Notes under the pieces: generated by a model
The model's input: the letters and a program-made list of their open reading frames with translations, nothing else
Told to the model about the DNA's origin: nothing
Database searches by the model: none
Source of the DNA: Eledone cirrhosa
Lineage: Eukaryota
Assembly: GCA_964016885.1 (NCBI GenBank)
Contig: OZ024740.1
Location: 428,358,001-428,422,000 of the forward strand
Direction of reading: 5' to 3'
Length of the DNA stretch: 64,000 bases
Made by a program: the position numbers and the translations under genes
Shown here: positions 11,550-24,990 of the stretch, piece by piece
Numbering within the stretch: the first letter of the stretch is position 1
How the letters are laid out: each line of letters begins with the position of its first letter

Positions 11550-14500
11550 GTCTTCTCTCACTCTCTTGGTCTTCTCTCTCTCTCTTGTTCTTCTCTCACT
11601 CTCTTGGTCTTCTCTCTCTCTCTTGGTCTTCTCTCTCTCTTGTTCTTCTCTCTCTCACTTGGTCTTCTCTCTCTAGCTTGGTCTTCACTCACTCTCTTGG
11701 TCTTCACTCTCTCTCTTGGTCTTCTCTCTCTCACTTGGACTTCTCTCTCTCTCTTGGTCTTCACTCACTCTCTTGGTCTTCTCTCTCCCTCTTGGCCTTC
11801 TCTCTCTCTCTTGGTCTTCACTCACTCTCTTGGTCTTCACTCTCTCTCTTGGTCTTCACTCTCTCTCTTGGTCTTCTCTCTCTCTCTTGGTCTTCTCTCT
11901 CTTGGATTTCTCTCTCTCTCTTGGTCTTCACTCACTCTCTTGGTCTTCTCCCTCTCTCTTGGTCTTCTCTCTCTTGGACTTCTCTCTCTCTCTTGGTCTT
12001 CACTCACTCTCTTGGTCTTCACTCTCTCTCTTGGTCTTCACTCTCTCTCTTGGTCTTAACTCTCTCTCTTGGTCTTCACTCTCTCTCTTTGTCTTCTCTC
12101 TCTCTCTTGGTCTTCTCTCTCTCTCTCTCTTGGTCTTCACTCTCTCTCTTGGTCTTCTCTCACTCTCTTGGTCTTCACTCTCTCTCTTGGTCTTCACTCT
12201 CTCTCTTGGTCTTCTCTCTCTCTCTTGGTCTTCTCTCTCTCTCTTGGTCTTCTCTCTCTCTCTTGGACTTCTCTCTCTCTCTTGGTCTTCACTCACTCTC
12301 TTGGTCTTCACTCTCTCTCTTGGTCTTCTCTCTCTCTCTCTTGGTCTTCACTCTCTCTCTTGGTCTTCTCTCTTTCTCTTGGCATTCTCTCTCTCTCTTG
12401 GTCTTCTCTCACAATCGTTGTCTTCTATCACTCTCTTGGTCTTCTCTCTCTCTCTTGGTCTTCTCGCACTCATTTGGTCTTCTCTCTCTCTCTTGGTCTT
12501 CTCTCACTCACTTGGCCTTCTCTCACTCTCATGGACTTCTCTCACTCTCTTGACCTTCTCTCTCTCTCTTGGTCTTCACTCATTCTCTTGGTCTTCAATC
12601 TCTCTCTTGGTCTTCTCTCTCTCTCTTGGTCTTCACTCTCTCTCTTGGACTTCACTCTCTCTCTTGGTCTTCTCTCTCTATCTTGGTCTTCACTGTCTCT
12701 CTTGGTCTTCTCTCCCTCTATTGTTCTTCTCTCTCTCTTGGTCTTTTCTCTCTCTCTTGGTCTTCACTCTCTCTCTTGGTCTTCTCTCTCTCTATTGTTC
12801 TTCTCTCTCTCTCTCTTGGTCTTCTCTCTCTCTCTTGGTTTTCACTCTCTCTCTTGGTCTTCTCTCTCTCTCTTGGTCTTCACTCACTCTCTTGGTCTTC
12901 TCTCTCTCTATTGTTCTTCTCTCTCTCTCTCTTGGTCTTCTCTCACTCTCTTGGTCTTCACTCTCACACTTGGTCTTCTCTCTCTCTCTTGGTCTTCTCT
13001 CACTCTCTTGGTCTTCTCACACTCTCTTGGTCTTCTCTCACTCGCTCTTGGTCTTCTCTCTCTGTCTTGGTCTTCTCTTTCTCTCTTGGTCTTCTCTCTC
13101 TCTCTCTCTCTTGTTCTTCTCTCTATCTCTTGGTCTTCTATTCTATCTCTCTTGGTCTTTCTCTCTCTTGGTCTTCTCTCACTCTCTTGGTCTTCACTCT
13201 CACTCTCTTGGTCTTCTCTCTCTATTGGTCTTCTCTCTCTCTCTTGGTCTTCTATCTCTATCTTGTTCTTCTCTCACTCACTTGGTCTTCTCTCTCTCTC
13301 TTGGTCTTCTCTCACTCTATTGGTCTTCTCTCACTCTCTTGGTCTTCTCTCACACTCTTGGGCTTCTCTTTCTCTCTTGTTCTTCACTCTCTCTCTTGGT
13401 CTTCACTCACTCTCTTGGTCTTCCCTCACTCTCTAGGTCTTCTAACTCTCCCTTGGTCTTCTCTCACTCACTTGGTCTTCTCTCACTCTCTTGGCCTCCA
13501 CTCACTCTCTTGGTCTTCTCTCACTCTCTTGGTCTTCTCTCTCTCTCTTGTTCTTCTCTCACTCTCTTGGACATCTCTCTCTCTTTTGGTCTTCACTCAC
13601 TCTCCCGGTCTTCACTCACTCTCTCTTGGTCTTCTCTCACTCTCTTGGTCTTCTCTCACTCTCTTGGTATTCTCTCTCTCTCTCTATCTTGGTTTTCTCT
13701 CTCTCTTGGTCTTCTTTTACTCTCTCGGTCCTCTCTCTCTTGGTCTTCTCTCACTCTCTTGGTCTTTTCTCTCTCTCTCTTGGACTTCTCTCACTCTCTC
13801 TTGGTCTTCTCTCACTCTCTTGGTCTTCCCCCACTCTCTTGGTATTCTCTCTCACTCTTGGTCTACTCACTCTCTCTTGCTCTTCTCTCACTCTCTTGGT
13901 CTTCTCTCTCTCTCTTGGTCTTCTCTCACTCTCTTGGTCTTCTCGCACTCTCTTGGTCTGCTCTCTCTCTCTCTTGGTCTTCTCTCTCTCTCTCTTGGTC
14001 TTCACTCTCTCTCCATTGGTCTTCACTCACTCTCTTGGTTTTCTCTCACTCTGTTGTTCTTCTCACACTCTCATGGTCTTCTCTCTCTCCCTTGGTCTGC
14101 TCTCTCGCTCTTGGTCTTCTCTGTCTCTCTCTTGGTCTGCTCTCTCTATCTTGGTCTTCTCTCTCTCTCTTGGTCTTCTCTCACTCTCTTGGTCTTCTCT
14201 CTCTCTCTTGGTCTTCTCTAACTCTCTTGGTCTGCTCTCTCTCTCTCTCTTGGTCTTCTCTCTCTCTCTTGGTCTTCACTCTCTCTCCATTGTTCTTCAC
14301 TCACTCTCTTGGTTTTCTCTGACTCTCTTGGTCTTCTCTCTCTCTCTTGGTCTTCTCTCACTCTCTTGGTCTTCTCTCTCTCTCTTAGACTTCTCTCACT
14401 CTCTTCGTCTGCTGTCTCTCTCTCTTGGTCTTCTGTCCCTCTCTTGGTCTTCACTCTCTCTCCATTGGTCTTCACTCACTCTCTTGGTTTTCTCTCACTC

Positions 14501-17500
14501 TCTTGGTCTTCTCACACTCTCTTGGTCTTCTCTCTCTCGCTCTTCGTCTTCTCTCTCTATCTTGGTCATCTCTCTCTCTCTTGGTCTTCTCTGTCTCTCT
14601 TCGTCTTCTCTCACTCTCTTGGTCTGCTCTCTCACTCTCGGTCTTCTCTCTCTCTCTTGGTCTTCTCTCACTCTCTTGGTCTTCTCTCTCTCTCTCTTGG
14701 TCTTCTCTCACTCTCTTGGTCTGCTCTCTCTCTCACTTGCTCTTCTCTCACTGTCTTGGTCTTCACTCTCTCTCCATTGGTCTTCACTCACTCTCTTGGT
14801 TTTCTCTGACTCTCTTGGTCTTCTCTCTCTCTCTTGGTCTTCTCTCACTCTCTTGGTCTTCTCACACTCTCTTGGTCTGCTCTCTCTCTCTTGGTCTGCA
14901 CTCTCTCTCTTGGTCTTCTCTCTCTCTCTTGGTTTTCACTCTCTCTCTGGGTCTTCTCTCTCTCTCTTGATCTTCACTCACTCTCTTGGTCTTCTCTCTC
15001 TCTATTGTTCTTCTCTCTCTCTCTTGATCTTCTCTCACTCTCTTGGTCTTCACTCTCACACTTGGTCTTCTCTCTCTCTCTTGGTCTTCTCTCACTCTCC
15101 TGGTCTACTCTCACTCTCTTGGTCTTCTCTCACTCACTTGGTCTTCTCTCTATATCTTGGACTTCTCTCACTCTCTTGGTCTTCTCTCTCTCTCTCTCTT
15201 CGTCTTCTCTCTCTCTCTTCGTCTTCACTCACTCTCTTGGTTTTCTCTCACTCTCTTGGTCTTCTCTCATTCTCTTGGACTTCCCTCACTCTCTTGGTCT
15301 TCTCACACTCTCTTGGTCTTCTCTCTCTCTCTCTTGGTCTTCTCTCTCTCTCTTGGTCTTCGCTCTCTGTCTTGGTCTTCTCTCTCTTGGTCTTCTCTCA
15401 CTCTCATTGTCTTCTCTCACTCTCTTGGTCTTCTCTCTCTCTCTTGGTCTTCTCTCTCTCTCTTTTGGTCTTCTCACTCTCTCACATGTTCTTCTCTCTC
15501 TCATTTGGTCTTCTCTCTCTCTCTTGGCCTTCTCTCTCACTCTCTTGGTCTTCTCTCACTCTCTTGGTCTTCTCTAACTCTCTTGGTCTTCTCTCACTCT
15601 TTTAGTCTTCTCTCTCTCTCTTGGACTTCTCTCACTCTCTTGGTCTTCTCTCACTCTCTTGGTCTTCTCTCTCTCTCTTGTTCTTCTCTCACTCTCTTGG
15701 TCTTCTCTCTCTCTCTTGGTCTTCTCTCTCTCTTGTTCTTCTCTCTCTCACTTGGTCTTCTCTCTCTATCTTGGTCTTCACTCACTCTCTTGGTCTTCAC
15801 TCTCTCTCTTGGTCTTCTCTCTCTCACTTGGACTTCTCTCTCTCTTGGTCTTCACTCACTCTCTTGGTCTTCTCTCTCCCTCTTGGCCTTCTCTCTCTCT
15901 CTTGGTCTTCACTCACTCTCTTGGTCTTCACTCTCTCTCTTGGTCTTCACTCTCTCTCTTGGTCTTCTCTCTCTCTCTTGGTCTTCTCTCTCTTGGATTT
16001 CTCTCTCTCTCTTGGTCTTCACTCACTCTCTTGGTCTTCTCTCTCTCTCTTGGTCTTCTCTCTCTTGGACTTCTCTCTCTCTCTTGGTCTTCACTCTCTC
16101 TCTTGGTCTTCTCTCTCTCTCTTGGTCTTCTCTCTCTTGGACTTCTCTCTCTCTCTTGGTCTTCACTCTCTCTCTTGGTCTTCACTCTCTCTCTTGGTCT
16201 TCTCTCTCTCTCTTGGTCTTCTCTCTCTTGGATTACTCTCTCTCTCTTGGTCTTCACTCACTCTCTTGGTCTTCACTCTCTCTCTTGGTCTTCACTCTCT
16301 CTCTTGGTCTTCTCTCTCTCTCTTGGTCTTCTCTCTCTCTCTTGGTCTTCTCTCTCTCTCTTGGACTTCTCTCTCTCTCTTGGTCTTCACTCACTCTCTT
16401 GGTCTTCACTCTCTCTCTTGGTCTTCTCTCTCTCTCTCTTGGTCTTCACTCTCTCTCTTGGTCTTCTCTCTTTCTCTTGGCATTCTCTCTCTCTCTTGGT
16501 CTTCTCTCACAATCGTTGTCTTCTATCACTCTCTTGGTCTTCTCTCTCTCTCTTGGTCTTCTCGCACTCATTTGGTCATCTCTCTCTCTCTTGGTCTTCT
16601 CTCACTCACTTGGCCTTCTCTCACTCTCATGGACTTCTCTCACTCTCTTGACCTTCTCTCTCTCTCTTGGTCTTCACTCATTCTCTTGGTCTTCAATCTC
16701 TCTCTTGGTCTTCTCTCTCTCTCTTGGTCTTCACTCTCTCTCTTGGACTTCACTCTCTCTCTTGGTCTTCTCTCTCTATCTTGGTCTTCACTGTCTCTCT
16801 TGGTCTTCTCTCTCTCTATTGTTCTTCTCTCTCTCTTGGTCTTTTCTCTCTCTCTTGGTCTTCACTCTCTCTCTTGGTCTTCTCTCTCTCTATTGTTCTT
16901 CTCTCTCTCTCTCTTGGTCTTCTCTCTCTCTCTTGGTTTTCACTCTCTCTCTTGGTCTTCTCTCTCTCTCTTGGTCTTCACTCACTCTCTTGGTCTTCTC
17001 TCTCTCTATTGTTCTTCTCTCTCTCTCTCTTGGTCTTCTCTCACTCTCTTGGTCTTCACTCTCACACTTGGTCTTCTCTCTCTCTCTTGGTCTTCTCTCA
17101 CTCTCTTGGTCTTCTCTCTCTCTCTTGGTCTTCACTCTCTCTCCATTGGTCTTCACTCACTCTCTTGGTTTTCTCTCACTCTCTTGGTCTTCTCACACTC
17201 TCTTGGTCTTCTCTCACTCGCTCTTGGTCTTCTCTCTCTGTCTTGGTCTTCTCTTTCTCTCTTGGTCTTCTCTCTCTCTCTCTCTCTTGTTCTTCTCTCT
17301 ATCTCTTGGTCTTCTATTCTATCTCTCTTGGTCTTTCTCTCTCTTGGTCTTCTCTCACTCTCTTGGTCTTCACTCTCACTCTCTTGGTCTTCTCTCTCTA
17401 TTGGTCTTCTCTCTCTCTCTTGGTCTTCTATCTCTATCTTGTTCTTCTCTCACTCACTTGGTCTTCTCTCTCTCTCTTGGTCTTCTCTCACTCTATTGGT

Positions 17501-20500
17501 CTTCTCTCACTCTCTTGGTCTTCTCTCACTCTCTTGGGCTTCTCTTTCTCTCTTGTTCTTCACTCTCTCTCTTGGTCTTCACTCACTCTCTTGGTCTTCC
17601 CTCACTCTCTAGGTCTTCTAACTCTCTCTTGGTCTTCTCTCACTCACTTGGTCTTCTCTCACTCTCTTGGCCTCCACTCACTCTCTTGGTCTTCTCTCAC
17701 TCTCTTGGTCTTCTCTCTCTCTCTTGTTCTTCTCTCACTCTCTTGGACATCTCTCTCTCTCTTGGTCTTCCCTCACTCTCTAGGTCTTCTAACTCTCTCT
17801 TGGTCTTCTCTCACTCTCTTGGTCTTCTCTCACTCTCTTGGTCTTCTCTCACTCTCTTGGTCTTCTCTCTCTCTCTTGGTCTTCTCTCTCTCTCTTTTGG
17901 TCTTCTCACTCTCTCACATGTTCTTCTCTCTCTCATTTGGTCTTCTCTCTCTCTCTTGGCCTTCTCTCTCACTCTCTTGGTCTTCTCTCACTCTCTTGGT
18001 CTTCTCTAACTCTCTTGGTCTTCTCTCACTCTTTTAGTCTTCTCTCTCTATCTTGGTTTTCTCTCTCTCTTGGTCTTCTTTCACTCTCTCGGTCCTCTCT
18101 CTCTTGGTCTTCTCTCACTCTCTTGGTCTTTTCTCTCTCTCTCTTGGACTTCTCTCACTCTCTCTTGGTCTTCTCTCACTCTCTTGGTCTTCCCCCACTC
18201 TCTTGGTATTCTCTCTCACTCTTGGTCTACTCACTCTCTCTTGCTCTTCTCTCACTCTCTTGGTCTTCTCTCTCTCTCTTGGTCTTCTCTCACTCTCTTG
18301 GTCTTCTCTCTCTCTATTGGTCTTCACTCTCTCTCCATTGGTCTTCACTCACTCTCTCTTGGTCTTCTCGCACTCTCTTGGTCTGCTCTCTCTCTCTCTC
18401 TTGGTGTTCTCTCTCTCTCTTGGTCTTCACTCTCTCTCCATTGGTCTTCACTCACTCTCTTGGTTTTCTCTAACTCTGTTGTTCTTCTCACACTCTCTTG
18501 GTCTTCTCTCTCTCCCTTGGTCTGCTCTCTCGCTCTTGGTCTTCTCTGTCTCTCTCTTGGTCTGCTCTCTCTATCTTGGTCTTCTCTCTCTCTCTTGGTC
18601 TTCTCTCACTCTCTTGGTCTTCTCTCTCTCTCTTGGTCTTCTCTAACTCTCTTGGTCTGCTCTCTCTCTCTCTCTTGGTCTTCTCTCTCTCTCTTGGTCT
18701 TCACTCTCTCTCCATTGTTCTTCACTCACTCTCTTGGTTTACTCTGACTCTCTTGGTCTTCTCTCTCTCTCTTGGTCTTCTCTCACTCTCTTGGTCTTCT
18801 CTCTCTCTCTTAGACTTCTCTCACTCTCTTCGTCTGCTCTCTCTCTCTCTTGGACTTCTCTCCCTCTCTTGGTCTTCACTCTCTCTCCATTGGTCTTCTC
18901 TCACTCTCTTGGTTTTCTCTCACTCTCTTGGTCTTCTCACACTCTCTTGGTCTTCTCTCTCTCGCTCTTCGTCTTCTCTCTCTATCTTGGTCATCTCTCT
19001 CTCTCTTGGTCTTCTCTGTCTCTCTTCGTCTTCTCTCACTCTCTTGGTCTGCTCTCTCACTCTCGGTCTTCTCTCTCTCTCTTGGTCTTCTCTCACTCTC
19101 TTGGTCTTCTCTCTCTCTCTTGGTCTTCTCTCACTCTCTTGGTCTGCTCTCTCTCTCTCTTGCTCTTCTCTCACTCTCTTGGTCTTCACTCTCTCTCCAT
19201 TGGTCTTCACTCACTCTCTTGGTTTTCTCTGACTCTCTTGGTCTTCTCTCTCTCTCTTGGTCTTCTCTCACTCTCTTGGTCTTCTCACACTCTCTTGGTC
19301 TTCTCTCTCGCTCTTGGTCTTCCCTGTCTCTCTCTTGGTCTTTTCTCTCTATCTTGGTCTTCTCTCTCTCTCTCTCTTGGTCTTCTCTCTCTCTCTTGGT
19401 CTTCTCTCACTCTCTTGGTCTGCTCTCTCTCTCTTGGTCTGCACTCTCTCTCTTGGTCTTCTCTCTCTCTCTTGGTTTTCACTCTCTCTCTGGGTCTTCT
19501 CTCTCTCTCTTGGTCTTCACTCACTCTCTTGGTCTTCTCTCTCTCTATTGTTCTTCTCTCTCTCTCTTGATCTTGTCTCACTCTCTTGGTCTTCACTCTC
19601 ACACTTGGTCTTCTCTCTCTCTCTCTTCGTCTTCTCTCACTCTCCTGGTCTACTCTCACTCTCTTGGTCTTCTCTCACTCACTTGGTCTTCTCTCTATAT
19701 CTTGGACTTCTCTCACTCTCTTGGTCTTCTCTCTCTCTCTCTCTTCGTCTTCTCTCTCTCTCTTCGTCTTCACTCACTCTCTTGGTTTTCTCTCACTCTC
19801 TTGGTCTTCTCTCATTCTCTTGGACTTCCCTCACTCTCTTGGTCTTCTCACACTCTCTTGGTCTTCTCTCTCTCTCTCTTGGTCTTCTCTCTCTCTCTTG
19901 GTCTTCGCTCTCTCTCTTGGTCTTCTCTCTCTTGGTCTTCTCTCACTCTCATTGTCTTCTCTCACTCTCTTGGTCTTCTCTCTCTCTCTTGGTCTTCTCT
20001 CTCTCTCTTTTGGTCTTCTCACTCTCTCACATGTTATCTCTCTCTCATTTGGTCTTCTCTCTCTCTCTTGGCCTTCTCTCTCACTCTCTTGGTCTTCTCT
20101 CACTCTCTTGGTCTTCTCTAACTCTCTTGGTCTTCTCTCACTCTCTTAGTCTTCTCTCTCTCTCTTGGACTTCTCTCACTCTCTTGGTCTTCTCTCACTC
20201 TCTTGGTCTTCTCTCTCTCTCTTGTTCTTCTCTCACTCTCTTGGTCTTCTCTCTCTCTCTTGGTCTTCTCTCTCTCTTGTTCTTCTCTCTCTCACTTGGT
20301 CTTCTCTCTCTATCTTGGTCTTCACTCACTCTCTTGGTCTTCACTCTCTCTCTTGGTCTTCTCTCTCTCACTTGGACTTCTCTCTCTCTCTTGGTCTTCA
20401 CTCACTCTCTTGGTCTTCTCTCTCCCTCTTGGCCTTCTCTCTCTCTCTTGGTCTTCACTCACTCTCTTGGTCTTCACTCTCTCTCTTGGTCTTCACTCTC

Positions 20501-20650
20501 TCTCTTGGTCTTCTCTCTCTCTCTTGGTCTTCTCTCTCTTGGATTTCTCTCTCTCTCTTGGTCTTCACTCACTCTCTTGGTCTTCTCTCTCTCTCTTGGT
20601 CTTCTCTCTCTTGGACTTCTCTCTCTCTCTTGGTCTTCACTCACTCTCTT
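11550..20650 (+). repeat. Imperfect higher-order repeat, period ~4.1-4.5 kb
   Basis: The AATCGTTG marker occurs at 12413 and 16511 (offset 4098). Equivalent ORFs lie at 12569/16667 (4098), 14309/18734 (4425) and 15621/20165 (4544). The offset grows stepwise through internal indels. Confidence 0.7.
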
Positions 20651-23600
20651 GGTCTTCACGCTCTCTCTTGGCCTTCACTCTCTCTCTTGGTCTTCACTCT
20701 CTCTCTTGGTCTTCTCCCTTTCTCTTGTTCTTCACTCTCCCTCTTGGTCTTCTCTCTCTCTCTTGGACTTCTCTCTCTCTCTTGGTCTTCACTCACTCTC
20801 TTGGTCTTCACTCTCTCTCTTGGTCTTCTCACTCTCTCTTGGTCTTCACTCTCTCTCTTGGTCTTCTCTCTTTCTCTTGGCATTCTCTCTCTCTCTTGGT
20901 CTTCTCTCACAATCCTTGTCTTCTCTCACTCTCTTGGTCTTCTCTCTCTCTCTTGGTCTTCTCTCACTCACTTAGTCTTCTCTCTCTCTCTTGGTCTTCT
21001 CTCACTCACTTGGTCTTCTCTCACTCTCTTGGACTTCTCTCACTCTCTTGGCCTTCTCTCTCTCTCTTGGTCTTCACTCATTCTCTTGGTCTTCACTCTC
21101 TCTCTTGGTCTTCACTCTCTCTCTTGGTCTTCTCTCTCTCTCTTGGTCTTCACTGTCTCTCTTGGTCTTCTCTCTCTCTATTGTTCTTCTCTCTCTCTTG
21201 GTCTTTTCTCTCTCTCTTGGTCTTCACTCTCTCTCTTGGTCTTCTCTCTCTCTATTGTTCTTCTCTCTCTCTCTCTTGGTCTTCTCTCTCTCTCTCTCTT
21301 GGTTTTCACTCTCTCTCTGGGTCTTCTCTCTCTCTCTTGGTCTTCACTCACTCTCTTGGTCTTCTCTCTCTCTATTGTTCTTCTCTCTCTCTCTTGATCT
21401 TCTCTCACTCTCTTGGTCTTCACTCTCACACTTGGTCTTCTCTCTCTCTCTTGGTCTTCTCTCACTCTCCTGGTCTTCTCTCACTCTCTTGGTCTTCTCT
21501 CACTCACTTGGTCTTCTCTCTCTCTCTCTCTTCGTCTTCTCTCTCTCTCTTCGTCTTCACTCACTCTCTTGGTTTTCTCTCACTCTCTTGGTCTTCTCTC
21601 ATTCTCTTGGACTTCCCTCACTCTCTTGGTCTTCTCACACTCTCTTGGTCTTCACTCTCTCTCTCTTGGTCTTCTCTCTCTCTCTTTGTCTTCGCTCTCT
21701 CTCTTGGTCTTCTCTCTCTTGGTCTTCTCTCACTCTCATTGTCTTCTCTCACTCTCTTGGTCTTCTCTCTCTCTCTCCTGGTCTTCTCTCTCTCTCTTTT
21801 GGTCTTCTCACTCTCTCACATGTTCTTCCCTCTCTCATTTGGTCTTCTCTCTCTCTCTTGGCCTTCTCTCTCACTCTCTTGGTCTTCTCTCACTCTCTTG
21901 GTCTTCTCTAACTCTCTTGGTCTTCTCTCACTCTCTTAGTCTTCTCTCTCTCTCTTGGACTTCTCTCACTCTCTTGGTCTTCTCTCACTCTCTTGGTCTT
22001 CTCTCTCTCTCTTGTTCTTCTCTCACTCTCTTGGTCTTCTCTCTCTCTCTTGGTCTTCTCTCTCTCTTGTTCTTCTCTCTCTCACTTGGTCTTCTCTCTC
22101 TAGCTTGGTCTTCACTCACTCTCTTGGTCTTCACTCTCTCTCTTGGTCTTCTCTCTCTCACTTGGACTTCTCTCTCTCTCTTGGTCTTCACTCACTCTCT
22201 TGGTCTTCTCTCTCCCTCTTGGCCTTCTCTCTCTCTCTTGGTCTTCACTCACTCTCTTGGTCTTCACTCTCTCTCTTGGTCTTCACTCTCTCTCTTGGTC
22301 TTCTCTCTCTCTCTTGGTCTTCTCTCTCTTGGATTTCTCTCTCTTGGTCTTCACTCACTCTCTTGGTCTTCTCTCATTCTCTTGGACTTCCCTCACTCTC
22401 TTGGTCTTCTCACACTCTCTTGGTCTTCTCTCTCTCTCTCTTGGTCTTCTCTCTCTCTCTTGGTCTTCGCTCTCTCTCTTGGTCTTCTCTCTCTTGGTCT
22501 TCTCTCACTCTCATTGTCTTCTCTCACTCTCTTGGTCTTCTCTCTCTCTCTTGGTCTTCTCTCTCACTCTCATTGTCTTCTCTCACTCTCTTGGTCTTCT
22601 CTCTCTCTCTTGGTCTTCTCTCTCTCTCTTTTGGTCTTCTCACTCTCTCACATGTTATCTCTCTCTCATTTGGTCTTCTCTCTCTCTCTTGGCCTTCTCT
22701 CTCACTCTCTTGGTCTTCTCTCACTCTCTTGGTCTTCTCTAACTCTCTTGGTCTTCTCTCACTCTCTTAGTCTTCTCTCTCTCTCTTGGACTTCTCTCAC
22801 TCTCTTGGTCTTCTCTCACTCTCTTGGTCTTCTCTCTCTCTCTTGTTCTTCTCTCACTCTCTTGGTCTTCTCTCTCTCTCTTGGTCTTCTCTCTCTCTTG
22901 TTCTTCTCTCTCTCACTTGGACTTCTCTCTCTATCTTGGTCTTCACTCACTCTCTTGGTCTTCACTCTCTCTCTTGGTCTTCTCTCTCTCACTTGGACTT
23001 CTCTCTCTCTCTTGGTCTTCACTCACTCTCTTGGTCTTCTCTCTCCCTCTTGGCCTTCTCTCTCTCTCTTGGTCTTCACTCACTCTCTTGGTCTTCACTC
23101 TCTCTCTTGGTCTTCACTCTCTCTCTTGGTCTTCTCTCTCTCTCTTGGTCTTCTCTCTCTTGGATTTCTCTCTCTCTCTTGGTCTTCACTCACTCTCTTG
23201 GTCTTCTCTCTCTCTTGGTCTTCTCTCTCTTGGACTTCTCTCTCTCTCTTGGTCTTCACTCACTCTCTTGGTCTTCACGCTCTCTCTTGGCCTTCACTCT
23301 CTCTCTTGGTCTTCACTCTCTCTCTTGGTCTTCTCCCTTTCTCTTGTTCTTCACTCTCCCTCTTGGTCTTCTCTCTCTCTCTTGGACTTCTCTCTCTCTC
23401 TTGGTCTTCACTCACTCTCTTGGTCTTCACTCTCTCTCTTGGTCTTCTCACTCTCTCTTGGTCTTCACTCTCTCTCTTGGTCTTCTCTCTTTCTCTTGGC
23501 ATTCTCTCTCTCTCTTGGTCTTCTCTCACAATCCTTGTCTTCTCTCACTCTCTTGGTCTTCTCTCTCTCTCTTGGTCTTCTCTCACTCACTTAGTCTTCT

Positions 23601-24990
23601 CTCTCTCTCTTGGTCTTCTCTCACTCACTTGGTCTTCTCTCACTCTCTTGGACTTCTCTCACTCTCTTGGCCTTCTCTCTCTCTCTTGGTCTTCACTCAT
23701 TCTCTTGGTCTTCACTCTCTCTCTTGGTCTTCACTCTCTCTCTTGGTCTTCTCTCTCTCTCTTGGTCTTCACTGTCTCTCTTGGTCTTCTCTCTCTCTAT
23801 TGTTCTTCTCTCTCTCTTGGTCTTTTCTCTCTCTCTTGGTCTTCACTCTCTCTCTTGGTCTTCTCTCTCTCTATTGTTCTTCTCTCTCTCTCTCTTGGTC
23901 TTCTCTCTCTCTCTCTCTTGGTTTTCACTCTCTCTCTGGGTCTTCTCTCTCTCTCTTGGTCTTCACTCACTCTCTTGGTCTTCTCTCTCTCTATTGTTCT
24001 TCTCTCTCTCTCTTGATCTTCTCTCACTCTCTTGGTCTTCACTCTCACACTTGGTCTTCTCTCTCTCTCTTGGTCTTCTCTCACTCTCCTGGTCTTCTCT
24101 CACTCTCTTGGTCTTCTCTCACTCACTTGGTCTTCTCTCTATATCTTGGACTTCTCTCACTCTCTTGGTCTTCTCTCTCTCTCTCTCTTCGTCTTCTCTC
24201 TCTCTCTTGGTCTTCACTCATTCTCTTGGACTTCCCTCACTCTCTTGGTCTTCTCACACTCTCTTGGTCTTCACTCTCTCTCTATTGGTCTTCTCTCTCT
24301 CTCGTGGTCTTCGCTCTCTCTCTTGGTCTTCTCTCTCTTGGTCTTCTCTCACTCTCATTGTCTTCTCTCACTCTCTTGGTCTTCTCTCTCTCTCTCTTGG
24401 TCTTCTCTCTCTCTCTTTTGGTCTTCTCACTCTCTCACATGTTCTTCTCTCTCTCATTTGGTCTTCTCTCTCTCTCTTGGCCTTCTCTCTCACTCTCTTG
24501 GTCTTCTCTCACTCTCTTGGTCTTCTCTAACTCTCTTGGTCTTCTCTCACTCTCTTAGTCTTCTCTCTCTCTCTTGGACTTCTCTCACTCTCTTGGTCTT
24601 CTCTCACTCTCTTGGTCTTCTCTCTCTCTCTTGTTCTTCTCTCACTCTCTTGGTCTTCTCTCTCTCTCTTGGTCTTCTCTCTCTCTTGTTCTTCTCTCTC
24701 TCACTTGGTCTTCTCTCTCTAGCTTGGTCTTCACTCACTCTCTTGGTCTTCACTCTCTCTCTCTTGGTCTTCTCTCTCTCACTTGGACTTCTCTCTCTCT
24801 CTTGGTCTTCACTCACTCTCTTGGTCTTCTCTCTCCCTCTTGGCCTTCTCTCTCTCTCTTGGTCTTCACTCACTCTCTTGGTCTTCACTCTCTCTCTTGG
24901 TCTTCACTCTCTCTCTTGGTCTTCTCTCTCTCTCTTGGTCTTCTCTCTCTTGGATTTCTCTCTCTCTCTTGGTCTTCACTCACTCTCTTG
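19790..24990 (+). repeat. Tandem duplication, period ~2620 bp (~19790-22350 / ~22350-24990)
   Basis: ACATGTTATC occurs at 20029 and 22650, AATCCTTG at 20911 and 23530, and GGATTT at 22331 and 24952. ORF pairs are 20656/23275, 21413/24032 and 21955/24574. The second copy has an extra 59-bp internal duplication (CATTGTC at 22512 and 22571). Confidence 0.85.
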
